Below, one piece after another: positions 1 to 9,299 of a DNA stretch of 62,505 bases. The stretch is from NCBI GenBank assembly GCA_003151615.1, contig PLXZ01000005.1, positions 1-62,505 on the forward strand, written 5' to 3'. Origin of the DNA: Candidatus Tayloriibacteriota bacterium (GTDB lineage Bacteria; Patescibacteriota; Minisyncoccia; Phycocordibacterales; PALSA-1337). Position 1 is the first letter of the stretch; each line of letters begins with the position of its first letter. Position numbers and translations under genes: made by a program. Under the pieces are notes generated by a model. It was not told where the DNA came from. It saw only the letters and a program-made list of their open reading frames with translations, and made no database searches.

Positions 1-1516
1 CGTCGAAGTCGGCGTTGAAAGCCGTACACACGAGTGGGTGAACCTGGATAGCGTTTCCTTCAATCAAAGTGGGTCGGAATGCCTGAATACCGAGGCGGTG
101 CAACGTAGGCGCGCGGTTGAGGAGTACATATTTGTCCTTAATTACTTCTTCGAGAATGCTCCACACCTCAGGAGTGCTGTCGTCAATCAAACGGCCCGCG
201 CCGCGAATGTTGTATGCAAGCTCACGCTTCAAGAGACCTGAAATAACGAACGGTCGGAACAATTCGAGTGCCATATGTTTTGGCAAACCACACTGGTCGA
301 GAGCAAGTTCAGGGCCGACGACGATGACGGATCGGCCGGAGTAGTCCACGCGCTTTCCGAGAAGGTTCTGTCGGAAGAGACCTCGTTTTGATTTCAGGTT
401 ATCAGAAAGTGATTTCAACGCGCGCTTCTGAGCTTGAGCTGCAGCTGCGCCTGTCGCCGCACCGTGACGAATCGAGTTATCGATCAAAGCGTCGACAGCT
501 TCCTGTAGAATTCTTTTTTCGTTTCGGAGAATAACGTCCGGAGCGTTGATTTCGCGAAGTTTGAGCAAACGGTTGTTTCGATTGATGACGCGTCGATAAA
601 GGTCGTTGACGTCAGATGTCGCATAGCGTCCTCCGTCGAGGGCAACCATCGGTCGCAGTGCTGGTGGAATAACTGGAATTCGAGTAAGGAACATCCACTC
701 AGGACGAACACCCGACTTTATCATCGACTTAATGAGTGAAATTCGCTTGTCCAATTTGTCGCTGTCGAGTGCGCTCGCCTTCTCCAATGCTTTTTCCAAT
801 TTTTCAACCAATTTTTTCAAATCTACTTTTTTCAAAACTTCATAGACAGCCTCCGCGCCGATCCCCGCTTCAAAAAGCGATCCGTACTTCATGCTGTATT
901 TATGGAATGCGACTTCGTCCATGACGAGGCCTTCCTCGAGGCTTTCGATTTCACCGCGTGCAGTGACCATCAGCGCCTTCAATGCCTCTTTTGTTTTCTC
1001 GTCGTTTGCGCCTTTTACTTTTGATTTGTATTCGGAATCAAGCTGTTTCAAAAGTTCGTCTTTTTCTTTTTCGTGAACCTTTGTGACCAAATATCCGGCG
1101 AAGTAGACAACTTTTTCGAGATCTCCCGTCGTCATGCCCATGATGAGGCCGACACGTGAAGGCATCGATCGAAGGAACCAGATATGCGAAACAGGAACGG
1201 CCAATTCAATGTGACCCATTCGTTCGCGTCGAACTATCGAGCGCGTGATTTCAACTCCGCACTTTTCGCAAATAATTCCCTTGTAGCGGATGCCGCGGTA
1301 TTTTCCACAGTAACACTCGTAATCGCGGTCAGGACCGAAGATTTTCTCGTCGAACAGACCGCTCTTTTCAGAACGCTGTGTTCGGTAGTTGATTGTTTCC
1401 GGCTTTGTGATTTCGCCGAATGACCAGTCGAGGATTCGATCAGGCGATGCGACGGACAATGTAATAGCATCGAAGTCCTGCGGATCCATCATTTTTCTTG
1501 CTTGTGAATTATTCAT
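1..1516 (-). CDS. rpoC: DNA-directed RNA polymerase subunit beta-prime, N-terminal ~505 aa (gene runs off the left edge)
   Basis: Absent from the ORF track because there is no stop inside the window. My minus-strand translation from ATG 1516-1514 reads [46 protein letters not shown]. It contains the zinc motif [23 protein letters not shown] and ends at the window edge with [10 protein letters not shown], the start of catalytic NADFDGD. It lies 33 nt downstream of rpoB, as in the conserved rpoBC operon. Confidence 0.93.
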   Translation of the reverse strand, partial: MNNSQARKMMDPQDFDAITLSVASPDRILDWSFGEITKPETINYRTQRSEKSGLFDEKIFGPDRDYECYCGKYRGIRYKGIICEKCGVEITRSIVRRERMGHIELAVPVSHIWFLRSMPSRVGLIMGMTTGDLEKVVYFAGYLVTKVHEKEKDELLKQLDSEYKSKVKGANDEKTKEALKALMVTARGEIESLEEGLVMDEVAFHKYSMKYGSLFEAGIGAEAVYEVLKKVDLKKLVEKLEKALEKASALDSDKLDKRISLIKSMIKSGVRPEWMFLTRIPVIPPALRPMVALDGGRYATSDVNDLYRRVINRNNRLLKLREINAPDVILRNEKRILQEAVDALIDNSIRHGAATGAAAAQAQKRALKSLSDNLKSKRGLFRQNLLGKRVDYSGRSVIVVGPELALDQCGLPKHMALELFRPFVISGLLKRELAYNIRGAGRLIDDSTPEVWSILEEVIKDKYVLLNRAPTLHRLGIQAFRPTLIEGNAIQVHPLVCTAFNADFD

Positions 1517-1549
1517 ATATTTGGTGGTTATTTAGGTTCGAGCTATTAA

Positions 1550-4500
1550 TTATTCATCGCTGCTGTTATCCTCCCCACTTCTGTCGCGATTCACCAGTTC
1601 GACATCCAGTGCGAGACCGCGGAGGTTTTTAAGAAGCACGTTGAACGATGCGGGAAGGTTCGGCTGTTTCAACGTCTCGCCTTTGACGATAGAGTCGAAA
1701 GCCGCGGAACGTCCCTGAATATCGTCCGATTTGATTGTCAGAATTTCACGCAATGTGTGAGCGGCACCATGACCGAGGAGCGCCCAGACTTCCATTTCTC
1801 CGAATCGCTGTCCTCCGCCTTGAGCCTTACCTCCGAGTGGCTGCTGAGTAATGAGAGAGTATGGACCGATCGAACGCATGTGGATTTTGTCTTCAACCAT
1901 GTGGTGAAGTTTGAGGATATACATGTAACCGACGGCGACATTCTGATCAAATTTTTCACCTGTTCGTCCGTCGCGGAGTTCCATTTTTCCGTCTTCCGCA
2001 AAGCCGGCTTTTTTGAGCTCTTCCTTGATTTCAATGTCTGTTGCACCTACGAATGGAGGCACGATAGCCTGATAGTTCAATGTGTGCGCTGCCAAACCGA
2101 GGTGGAGTTCAAGGATCTGTCCAAGGTTCATACGTGATGGCACGCCGAGCGGTGTCAAAATAACATCCACTGGTGTTCCATCCGCCATATACGGCATATC
2201 TTCTTCAGGAAGGATTCGAGAGATAACTCCCTTGTTTCCGTGACGACCGGCAAGTTTGTCTCCGACCGATACGTTTCGCACTTCTGCCACTTCAATATAA
2301 ATTTTCTTGATAATTCCAGATTCCAATTTGTCACCCTTCTCGCGAGAGAAGATTTTAACTGAAACGACGCGGCCGCGCTTGCCTCCTTCCATTCGTTTTG
2401 AAGTGTCTTTCACATCACGTGCCTTTTCGCCGAAGATGGATCGGAGCAATCGTTCCTCAGGAGTGAGCTGTGTCTCGCCTTTTGGAGAAATTTTACCGAC
2501 GAGAATGTCGCCCGGGCGAACTTCCGCACCGACGCGAACAACTCCGTCTTCTGCGAGGTTCTTCAATTTCGCTTCACCGACGTTTGGAATGTCGCATGTC
2601 GTGACTTCAGGACCAAGCTTGGTGTCGCGAACGTTGACGACGAATTCTTCAATATGGATTGAAGTGAATTTGCTGTTTTTAACAACGCGTTCCGACAAAA
2701 TGATGGCGTCTTCGTAGTTGTTTCCGGACCATGACATGAAAGCAACGAGCATGTTCTGTCCGATTGCAATTTCACCTCCGTCTGATGTCGATGTGTCAAC
2801 AAGAACGTCGCCTTTTTTAACATGCTGACCGAGGCTGACAATAGGTCGCTGATGGAAAGCCGTAAATCCGTTTGTTCGGGAGAAATGCACAAGATTGTAT
2901 TCGTGTTTCTTGCCTGACTTTTTGCCGGTCAAAACGACATGACGTGAATCGATAGCTGTAATTTCGCCTTCTTCCGGTGCAACGAAAATACGTCCTGTGT
3001 CGAGAACTGCTTTTGCTTCAATACCTGTCGCGACGAGCGGAGCTTCAGGAATCAAACAAGGCGTAGCTTGTTTCTGCATGTTCGAACCCATGAGTGCTCG
3101 GTTTGCATCGTCGTGGTTGAGGAAAGGAATGAGTGAAGTAGCGATGGAGAAAGCCTGTTCTGTTGAAACGTCGATATAGTCGACTTCGTCTTTTTTCGCG
3201 AGACCCGGCTTGCCGTTGATTCGCACCTCCACTTCATCAGCCGTAATGTGGCCTGACTTGTCATATGGAATTGCGGCATGGGCAATTTTGAAGTTCTCTT
3301 CTTCAAGAGCGTTCATGTACTGGATTTCCTCGGTAATTTTGCCGTTCTTTACCTTTGCATACGGCGTTTCGATCATGCCGAAGTCATTGATGCGTGCGTA
3401 TGTCGAGAGACGCAAAATAAGACCGATGTTTGGACCTTCAGGAGTGTGGATCGGACAAAGGCGGCCATAGTGGGATGGGTGCACGTCGCGCACCTCGAAA
3501 CCTGCGCGTTCGCGTGTGAGACCTCCCGGACCGAGAGCCGATAATGTGCGAAGGTGTTCGAGCTCGGAGAGGACGTTTTCCTGCTGCATAAACTGCGACA
3601 ATTGGTTTGTAGTGAAAAATTCCTTGATACGGGCCTGGAGCGGACGCGGGAAAACGAACTGGACCGGCAATGAAACGTCAGGGTCAACCGTAGACATTTT
3701 GTCCTGAATATTTCGCTTCATCTGAGTCATACCGACTCGCATTTTCTGCTGGAGAAGCTCGCCGACATATCGCACGCGGCGTGAACCGAGGTGATCGATG
3801 TCGTCTTCGGTCGCTTCAGGAGTGTTGTTCAGAAGCACGATATGCTTTACAATCGTCGCAACGTCATCGCTCGAGACGGTTTTTCGTTCGAGATCTTTTT
3901 CTTCCATTGGCTTTGCGAAACGCTTGTTGAAGCGGAAGCGACCGACGCGTGAAAGGTCGTATCGCGTAGGTTCAAAAATGCTTCCGATGAATTCGCGTGC
4001 GTTTTCCGCGGTTGCGAGGTCTCCATCGCGGAGTCTTTTGTGGATTTCAATATACGCTTCGTCCGTCGTGTGAGCGTGGTCTTTTGCGAGAGTGATTTCG
4101 ATTGCGCGTCGTGCCGCTTCGTCGCCCTTGAAGAGTTCAAGAATGGCTTCGTCGGTCTGTGCGCCGTTTCCGCCTGCTTTTGTCGCCTTTTCGCCGAGAA
4201 CGCGGAGGAGTGACGTGATCGGGAATTTACGCTTTCGGTCGATTTTTACGTAGATTGCCCCTTCCGCGTCGCTCTCTACCTCCATCCATACGCCGCGCGC
4301 AGGAATGATTTTTGCCCCGAAGTAGTTTCGGCCCTTGATTTCGTCAACCGTGAAGAAAATACCGAATGATCGCGCGAGCTGAGGCACAATGACGCGTTCA
4401 ATGCCGTTAACGATAAATGTACCGTGCGGAGTCATCAGTGGAAGATCGGCGAGGAACATTTCCTGTTCCTTCGTCGAGTCCAACATTTTATTTTTGAGCT

Positions 4501-4768
4501 TGACCTTGACCTTTATTTGGCCTTCGTATGAAAGCTTGTTGGCCTTCGCATAGTGCTCGTCATATTTCGGGAGCGCGAGCTCGAAATGCGTGAACGAGAG
4601 TTCGAATTTTTTCTCGGCATAGTCGCGCAGAGGCGAGAATTCCTTCAACACTTCTCCGATGCCGGTTTTGACGAGCCAGTCGAACGACGCCATCTGCGAC
4701 TCCACGAGATTCGGCATTGCTGTCAACGGCTCCTTGAAACGGCTGAAATATTTTTTGGTCGTTTTCAT
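1550..4768 (-). CDS. rpoB: DNA-directed RNA polymerase subunit beta
   Basis: 1072-aa ORF starting at ATG 4768. Beta-subunit signatures: GPGGLTRERAGFEVRDVHPSHYGRLCPIHTPEGPNIGL, GRHGNKGVISRILPEEDMPY, KLHHMVEDKIHMRSIGPYSLITQQPLGGKAQGGGQRFGEMEVWAL. Confidence 0.97.
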   Translation of the reverse strand: MKTTKKYFSRFKEPLTAMPNLVESQMASFDWLVKTGIGEVLKEFSPLRDYAEKKFELSFTHFELALPKYDEHYAKANKLSYEGQIKVKVKLKNKMLDSTKEQEMFLADLPLMTPHGTFIVNGIERVIVPQLARSFGIFFTVDEIKGRNYFGAKIIPARGVWMEVESDAEGAIYVKIDRKRKFPITSLLRVLGEKATKAGGNGAQTDEAILELFKGDEAARRAIEITLAKDHAHTTDEAYIEIHKRLRDGDLATAENAREFIGSIFEPTRYDLSRVGRFRFNKRFAKPMEEKDLERKTVSSDDVATIVKHIVLLNNTPEATEDDIDHLGSRRVRYVGELLQQKMRVGMTQMKRNIQDKMSTVDPDVSLPVQFVFPRPLQARIKEFFTTNQLSQFMQQENVLSELEHLRTLSALGPGGLTRERAGFEVRDVHPSHYGRLCPIHTPEGPNIGLILRLSTYARINDFGMIETPYAKVKNGKITEEIQYMNALEEENFKIAHAAIPYDKSGHITADEVEVRINGKPGLAKKDEVDYIDVSTEQAFSIATSLIPFLNHDDANRALMGSNMQKQATPCLIPEAPLVATGIEAKAVLDTGRIFVAPEEGEITAIDSRHVVLTGKKSGKKHEYNLVHFSRTNGFTAFHQRPIVSLGQHVKKGDVLVDTSTSDGGEIAIGQNMLVAFMSWSGNNYEDAIILSERVVKNSKFTSIHIEEFVVNVRDTKLGPEVTTCDIPNVGEAKLKNLAEDGVVRVGAEVRPGDILVGKISPKGETQLTPEERLLRSIFGEKARDVKDTSKRMEGGKRGRVVSVKIFSREKGDKLESGIIKKIYIEVAEVRNVSVGDKLAGRHGNKGVISRILPEEDMPYMADGTPVDVILTPLGVPSRMNLGQILELHLGLAAHTLNYQAIVPPFVGATDIEIKEELKKAGFAEDGKMELRDGRTGEKFDQNVAVGYMYILKLHHMVEDKIHMRSIGPYSLITQQPLGGKAQGGGQRFGEMEVWALLGHGAAHTLREILTIKSDDIQGRSAAFDSIVKGETLKQPNLPASFNVLLKNLRGLALDVELVNRDRSGEDNSSDE

Positions 4769-5153
4769 TGTTGTTACACCCTGGGCGACCTAGCAAGGTC
4801 GGGCTAGGACCAAAGGTGTTAATTATAAAAATTATTAATAAGGGCGCGGCAAACGGGCGAACTAATAATGGTGCGAAAACAACCTAATGCAAACTGGCGA
4901 AACTTTTCCAAAGACGACAAAAAAGATACAACCAAAACGCAAAAAGACGCCGAGGGAGGGCGTATGAGCGCTTTAATTGTTTATTTTATTGTCGGCAAGG
5001 GCAAGAAAAACTTAGAGCAAACCTAAAGAATCAATTTAAAGCCTTGTAATCCTTCATAATCTTCGTCGTAACTCAATCTTGCTGAAGTTGATAAGGAGTG
5101 TAGCAGACGGGTGGTTTCCTGTCAAATATGTGTTACTATGGGTATATTCTATT

Positions 5154-5759
5154 ATGACTATGACCTCCCTTTTCCGAATTCGCGACAGATCAAAAACCGG
5201 AATCGACCAGCGCGGCTTTACCTTGATCGAACTTCTCGTCGTCATTTCCATCATCGGACTGCTGTCGAGTATTGTGTTGGCGGCGTTGAGTTCGGCGCGT
5301 CAAAAAGGGCAATATGCTTCAGTGCAGGAATCGCTAAATGAAATGAGGACCGTATATGAATTGCAATATCTAGCATCAAGTTCCTACGCGGCTATTATGC
5401 CATCTGGAATGGCGAACTCCGGTACAATAAACATTTCTCAGGGGGTCTGCAGCACAAGCGATGTTAATAATTATTGTACGGTGTATCTTACTCCTGTCGG
5501 AGCTACAACCGGTTGTGACACATTATACGGTGTCGCTAGTGCCCAAGCTGACGCGATATGTAAAGATATCCTTACAAAAGAAGGGGCTTCGGGATCATTT
5601 TCTTTTGGAATAATTAACGGTAGTACAAATAACACTGACTATGGTTTTGCTGTACAAAATCAAAGCGGCTTGAGCCAATTTTTCTGTATTAGAAACTCCG
5701 GAAATAGCGCAACGGTAACCACGAGTGTTACAAATTGTTTGGATAAAACGAAATGGTAA
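5154..5759 (+). CDS. type IV pilin / pseudopilin-like protein
   Basis: QRGFTLIELLVVISIIGLLSSIVLAALSSARQKG is the prepilin cleavage/methylation motif (G|FTLIE) followed by a hydrophobic helix. I moved the start to ATG 5154, because the track start at 5079 adds an implausible extension. Confidence 0.8.
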   Translation: MTMTSLFRIRDRSKTGIDQRGFTLIELLVVISIIGLLSSIVLAALSSARQKGQYASVQESLNEMRTVYELQYLASSSYAAIMPSGMANSGTINISQGVCSTSDVNNYCTVYLTPVGATTGCDTLYGVASAQADAICKDILTKEGASGSFSFGIINGSTNNTDYGFAVQNQSGLSQFFCIRNSGNSATVTTSVTNCLDKTKW

Positions 5760-5810
5760 ATAAAAAATTGCGCCCAGGTGATCCCGAGCGCAATATCGTT
5801 TGATGACCGA

Positions 5811-6509
5811 TTAAACTCGTTTGCGATGTTTTTGGTTTAAGAAAAGCAAACCCAAACCTCCGAGTGCTGCGATCGCAGCCGATGACGGTTCAGGAACACT
5901 TTCAGTCACCGGTATTTGGACAACATTTAACATTGCAGGAGTATGCCCATCCGAAGCGTAGGCGTCAACACCCGACGGCGTGTCCAAAGTAAGAGTGTAA
6001 TCAAGTGACACAATTTGAACCCCGCCGTTGGTAATTGACAGTGCGGCAAAAGGTTCTGATGAACTGACTGTGAATGTGCCACTGACCGGGGCACCGCCAT
6101 TTATACTGATTCCGCTTATGGTTTCACTTTCATCATTGGTTCCCTGAAATATGCCTCCGATGTCAAGAGACAACGGTGCTGAATCCAAAGGACTGCTCAT
6201 TTGCCAATTAAATGTCGGCGAATGAAAGCTCGTCGTCGCTGTCAAGGTTGCATCTGGGCCACTGAGATCAAATGACATGTCCCAAACCGTCGGACTACCG
6301 AGTGTCAAATATGTGCTGCTCGATTGTGTTGCCGTGGGATAATCTTGACCCATGGCGATTGAATTATCAATTCCGGCGCTGAAAAACCAGACTGATCCAG
6401 AATAAAACTGATCTTGACTGATCGGCGCGGAACTCTGAGCCCACGTCACCGACTGACTGCCAAAAATGGCAATCGCCAATACCGCAACCGCGATTAGGTT
6501 TTTTTTCAT
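5811..6509 (-). CDS. secreted protein with a PEP-CTERM-like C-terminal sorting signal
   Basis: Signal peptide MKKNLIAVAVLAIAIFGSQSVTWAQ from ATG 6509. The C-terminus VPEPSSAAIAALGGLGLLFLNQKHRKRV has a PEP motif, a hydrophobic helix and a basic tail. Confidence 0.6.
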   Translation of the reverse strand: MKKNLIAVAVLAIAIFGSQSVTWAQSSAPISQDQFYSGSVWFFSAGIDNSIAMGQDYPTATQSSSTYLTLGSPTVWDMSFDLSGPDATLTATTSFHSPTFNWQMSSPLDSAPLSLDIGGIFQGTNDESETISGISINGGAPVSGTFTVSSSEPFAALSITNGGVQIVSLDYTLTLDTPSGVDAYASDGHTPAMLNVVQIPVTESVPEPSSAAIAALGGLGLLFLNQKHRKRV

Positions 6510-6658
6510 AATTAACAAAGGACGATTTTTTTGAGTTTGCAAGGCGTTTTGTTTTCGTTTCCCGAACTCGTCGAGAAACACGCTTTGCGACCGCTGGCAG
6601 TAGTCTACCATGACAAGCGGGTCCAAGTCAATACCCCCGTAACGGTCAGAAAAATGGC

Positions 6659-7048
6659 CTACTTGTTGCCTTTATCGAACTCAAGACAAACCGAGTTGAT
6701 GCAGAAACGTTTCTGCGGTTGACCCGTTTTGGCATCCATCGGACCGTCGTCGAACACGTGGCCGAGGTGCGCACCGCACGTTTTGCAGACGACTTCGGTA
6801 CGATGCATGCCGTGATCGTTGTCTTCGCGCAATTCCACTTTTTCCAAATTGACCGGATCGGTAAAAGAAGGCCAGCCGGTGCCGGAATCAAATTTTGCGT
6901 CAGAACCAAAAAGTTGCGTGCCGCAAATCGCACACTTATACATGCCTTTATCATGATTGTTTACGTATTTGCCGGTGAAAGGCATTTCGGTTCCCTTTTG
7001 TCGGGCTACTTTATAAAGTTCCGGTGAAAGTTCTTTGTCGTTTTTCAT
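6659..7048 (-). CDS. msrB: peptide-methionine (R)-S-oxide reductase
   Basis: KCAICGTQLF, GWPSF, VVCKTCGAHLGHVFDDGP and RFCINS. These are the two CxxC zinc pairs and the MsrB catalytic region. Confidence 0.93.
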   Translation of the reverse strand: MKNDKELSPELYKVARQKGTEMPFTGKYVNNHDKGMYKCAICGTQLFGSDAKFDSGTGWPSFTDPVNLEKVELREDNDHGMHRTEVVCKTCGAHLGHVFDDGPMDAKTGQPQKRFCINSVCLEFDKGNK

Positions 7049-7100
7049 ATTTTGTTATTTTATTATTTAAAAAATTATTTTCTCCGCGAGGCACTTGTTA

Positions 7101-7736
7101 TTAATACCTCATACCTTTGTTCTCGAAATCCTTCAACAGGCTGGCATAGCGCTTCTCCAGTTTTTCGATTTTCGGGCCAATGATTAGATCGCAATACGGC
7201 TGGTTTTTATGATTTTCGTAATAATTTTTGTGATAGTCCTCGGCTTCATAGAACACGGTCAGCGGCTCGACATGCGTGACAATAGGTTTGTCATACGCAT
7301 GATTTTCCTCGAGATTTTCGATAAAATGGTCGGCTTCGGCGCGCTGGCCTTCGTTGGTGTAAAAAATGGCAGAGCGGTATTCGGTACCGACGTCATTGCC
7401 CTGTCGGTTCAACGTAGTCGGATCATGGGTGAAGAAAAAAATGGTCAGGAGGTCTTCGTACGAAATGACATTAGGATCAAATTCAATCTTTGCCGATTCA
7501 GCATGGCCGGTTTTTCCACCATAGACTTGTTCGGATGTCGGATTCGGAACGGTTCCGCCGGTATAGCCCGGAGTCGCAGAGACCACGCCCTTCAATCGGG
7601 CGAACAAAGTTTCCGTGCACCAGAAACAGCCTCCCGCGAAAACGGCTATGTGCGTTCCGTGTTGGCTGTGATGGACTTGGTGGACGGCGTGGGCTTGGTT
7701 TTGGCTTTTGCCTGAATTTGCAGTTGGGTTTTCCAT
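7101..7736 (-). CDS. msrA: peptide-methionine (S)-S-oxide reductase
   Basis: Active-site motif FAGGCFWCTE, plus PGYTGG and HDPTTLNRQGNDVGTEYRS. ATG 7736 is the only start codon I can find upstream of the active site. Confidence 0.9.
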   Translation of the reverse strand: MENPTANSGKSQNQAHAVHQVHHSQHGTHIAVFAGGCFWCTETLFARLKGVVSATPGYTGGTVPNPTSEQVYGGKTGHAESAKIEFDPNVISYEDLLTIFFFTHDPTTLNRQGNDVGTEYRSAIFYTNEGQRAEADHFIENLEENHAYDKPIVTHVEPLTVFYEAEDYHKNYYENHKNQPYCDLIIGPKIEKLEKRYASLLKDFENKGMRY

Positions 7737-8404
7737 TCGTTTATGAGTTTATGATTGCCTGACAAAAGAACCTTCGGAACGCGATACTTCTTTCCCTTAT
7801 ATTCTATCACTTCAGGGCGAGTATAGACATCGGATGCCGCGGTGCGGTTTTCCTCGAGCGAATTGATGTCTCCCAAAACACCCTCGATTTGACGGGATAT
7901 TGTGTCGATCATGACCATTGCAGGCAGTTCCCCGCCGGTCAGGATAAAAGGCCCGACCGAGACGTCCTCCATTTTAAAAGCTTTTTTGACGCGGGCATCA
8001 ATGCCTTCATACCTGCCGCAGACAAAAACAATGTCGGTGTATTTTTTAGCGACAGATTTTACGTATGCAGTATCGGCTGATTTGCCCGACGGAGAAAAGA
8101 AAATAATTTTGACTGAGCGCTTGCCTGCCGGCGTTTTTATTTTTTTGCCGATTGCGGCATCGATTGCTCGAATTACAGGCAAAGCTTCAATCACCATGCC
8201 CGGTCCACCGCCGTATGGTTTGTCATCGACGCGGCGCTCGGCATAGGTCATTTTTTTTGCACTTTTTTTTGTGGATTGAGCAAAATCGCGCGGATTGTAA
8301 AACTTGATTGAAATTTTTTTGTCCTCCTGTGCACGCTTCAAAATCGACTCCGACAAATATGAGTCGAAGCTGTTCGGGAATAGAGTAATAATATGGAACG
8401 TCAT
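7646..8404 (-). CDS. trmD: tRNA (guanine37-N1)-methyltransferase
   Basis: MTFHIITLFPNSFDSYLSESILKRA, GRYEGIDARV, GGELPAMVMIDTISR and LLSGNH. It sits in the rpsP-KH-trmD context. Confidence 0.9.
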   Translation of the reverse strand: MTFHIITLFPNSFDSYLSESILKRAQEDKKISIKFYNPRDFAQSTKKSAKKMTYAERRVDDKPYGGGPGMVIEALPVIRAIDAAIGKKIKTPAGKRSVKIIFFSPSGKSADTAYVKSVAKKYTDIVFVCGRYEGIDARVKKAFKMEDVSVGPFILTGGELPAMVMIDTISRQIEGVLGDINSLEENRTAASDVYTRPEVIEYKGKKYRVPKVLLSGNHKLINEWKTQLQIQAKAKTKPTPSTKSITANTERT

Positions 8405-8416
8405 GTTCCGTTTTTG

Positions 8417-8731
8417 CTAGATCTTCAAATCCGCCATTGCCTCGTCAACTGTTTTCGAAGCCTTTGATTCATGAGGCGTAGCGCCTTCCGGTTCGTTGAT
8501 TTTGAGGTTGACGCGGGAATTATTCTTCATGCCAACAACGCGCAACAAAGTGCGGATGGCCTTTGCCGTATTGCCCGAGCGGCCGATGACTTTGCCCATG
8601 TCCGCGGCATTGACTTCCAATGTCATGAGAACGCCCATTTCATCGACAGTGCGGCTGATTTTGACATCATTAGGATTGTCGACGAGAGCTTTAATAAGAT
8701 AATCCAAAAATTGCTGGTCCTGATTTTGCAT
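8417..8731 (-). CDS. KH-domain RNA-binding protein (KhpA/YlqC-like)
   Basis: GVLMTLEVNAADMGKVIGRSGNTAKAIRTLLRV contains the GxxG KH loop. The gene occupies the conserved position between rpsP and trmD. Confidence 0.8.
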   Translation of the reverse strand: MQNQDQQFLDYLIKALVDNPNDVKISRTVDEMGVLMTLEVNAADMGKVIGRSGNTAKAIRTLLRVVGMKNNSRVNLKINEPEGATPHESKASKTVDEAMADLKI

Positions 8732-8810
8732 GGTTTTTCTTTAATTAATCCAGTAAATAACGCCTTTAACGGTCATTCATCCTTATACTACAATTGTAAC
8801 CTGCGAGATA

Positions 8811-9206
8811 TTACGCCGCAACTGGCGCTTCTGCCTTGACTTCCGTCTTTGTCTCTGCGGCTGGTGTAACCGGCGCTGGTGCAGCTGCCGGAGCGGCTGC
8901 CTTTTCGGCTTCAACCAGCTTTACGATTGGCTTTTTCTTTGGAAGAGCGTTGATTTTCTTGCCTTCGATTGCCTTTTTCGAAACGAGGAAATTATGCACG
9001 GTTACGGAGAGTTGCGCGCCTTTTGAAATCCATTCTTTTATCTTCGGAATATCAAACTGGTCGACTTTGTTTTCGCGGCGAGGATCGTATGAACCGAGAA
9101 CTTCGAGATATTTTCCGCTTTTCGGTCCATTTTTGGAATCGGTCAAAACGAGTCGAAACGTCGGCTCGTTTTTTCGTCCCACACGCTGAAGTCGTATCAT
9201 TAACAT
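8811..9206 (-). CDS. rpsP: 30S ribosomal protein S16 with an Ala/Pro-rich C-terminal extension
   Basis: MLMIRLQRVGRKNEPTFRLVLTDS and YLEVLGSYDPR match S16. The tail EAEKAAAPAAAPAPVTPAAE is extra. Confidence 0.92.
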   Translation of the reverse strand: MLMIRLQRVGRKNEPTFRLVLTDSKNGPKSGKYLEVLGSYDPRRENKVDQFDIPKIKEWISKGAQLSVTVHNFLVSKKAIEGKKINALPKKKPIVKLVEAEKAAAPAAAPAPVTPAAETKTEVKAEAPVAA

Positions 9207-9299
9207 AGTGGGAGTATCTTACCAAAAGACCCGAAAAAAGGCAAACTTCTCCCGCTTTTATGGACTTTTTCACGCCGCCTGCTATAGTTACGCATATAT

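Noticed and set aside
1757-4807. Numerous plus-strand ORFs of 60-140 aa listed inside rpoB (e.g. 1757-2137, 2307-2717, 4553-4807), and minus-strand alternate-frame ORFs.
   Set aside because: They lie entirely within or antisense to a well-supported 1072-aa rpoB ORF and have no recognisable motifs. They are typical shadow ORFs.
4869-5030. 53-codon basic ORF (MVRKQPNANWRNFSKDDKK..) in the rpoB upstream region.
   Set aside because: Lys/Thr-rich low-complexity product, no SD or promoter, and it overlaps a hairpin with a T-run on the other strand. It is probably non-coding leader DNA.
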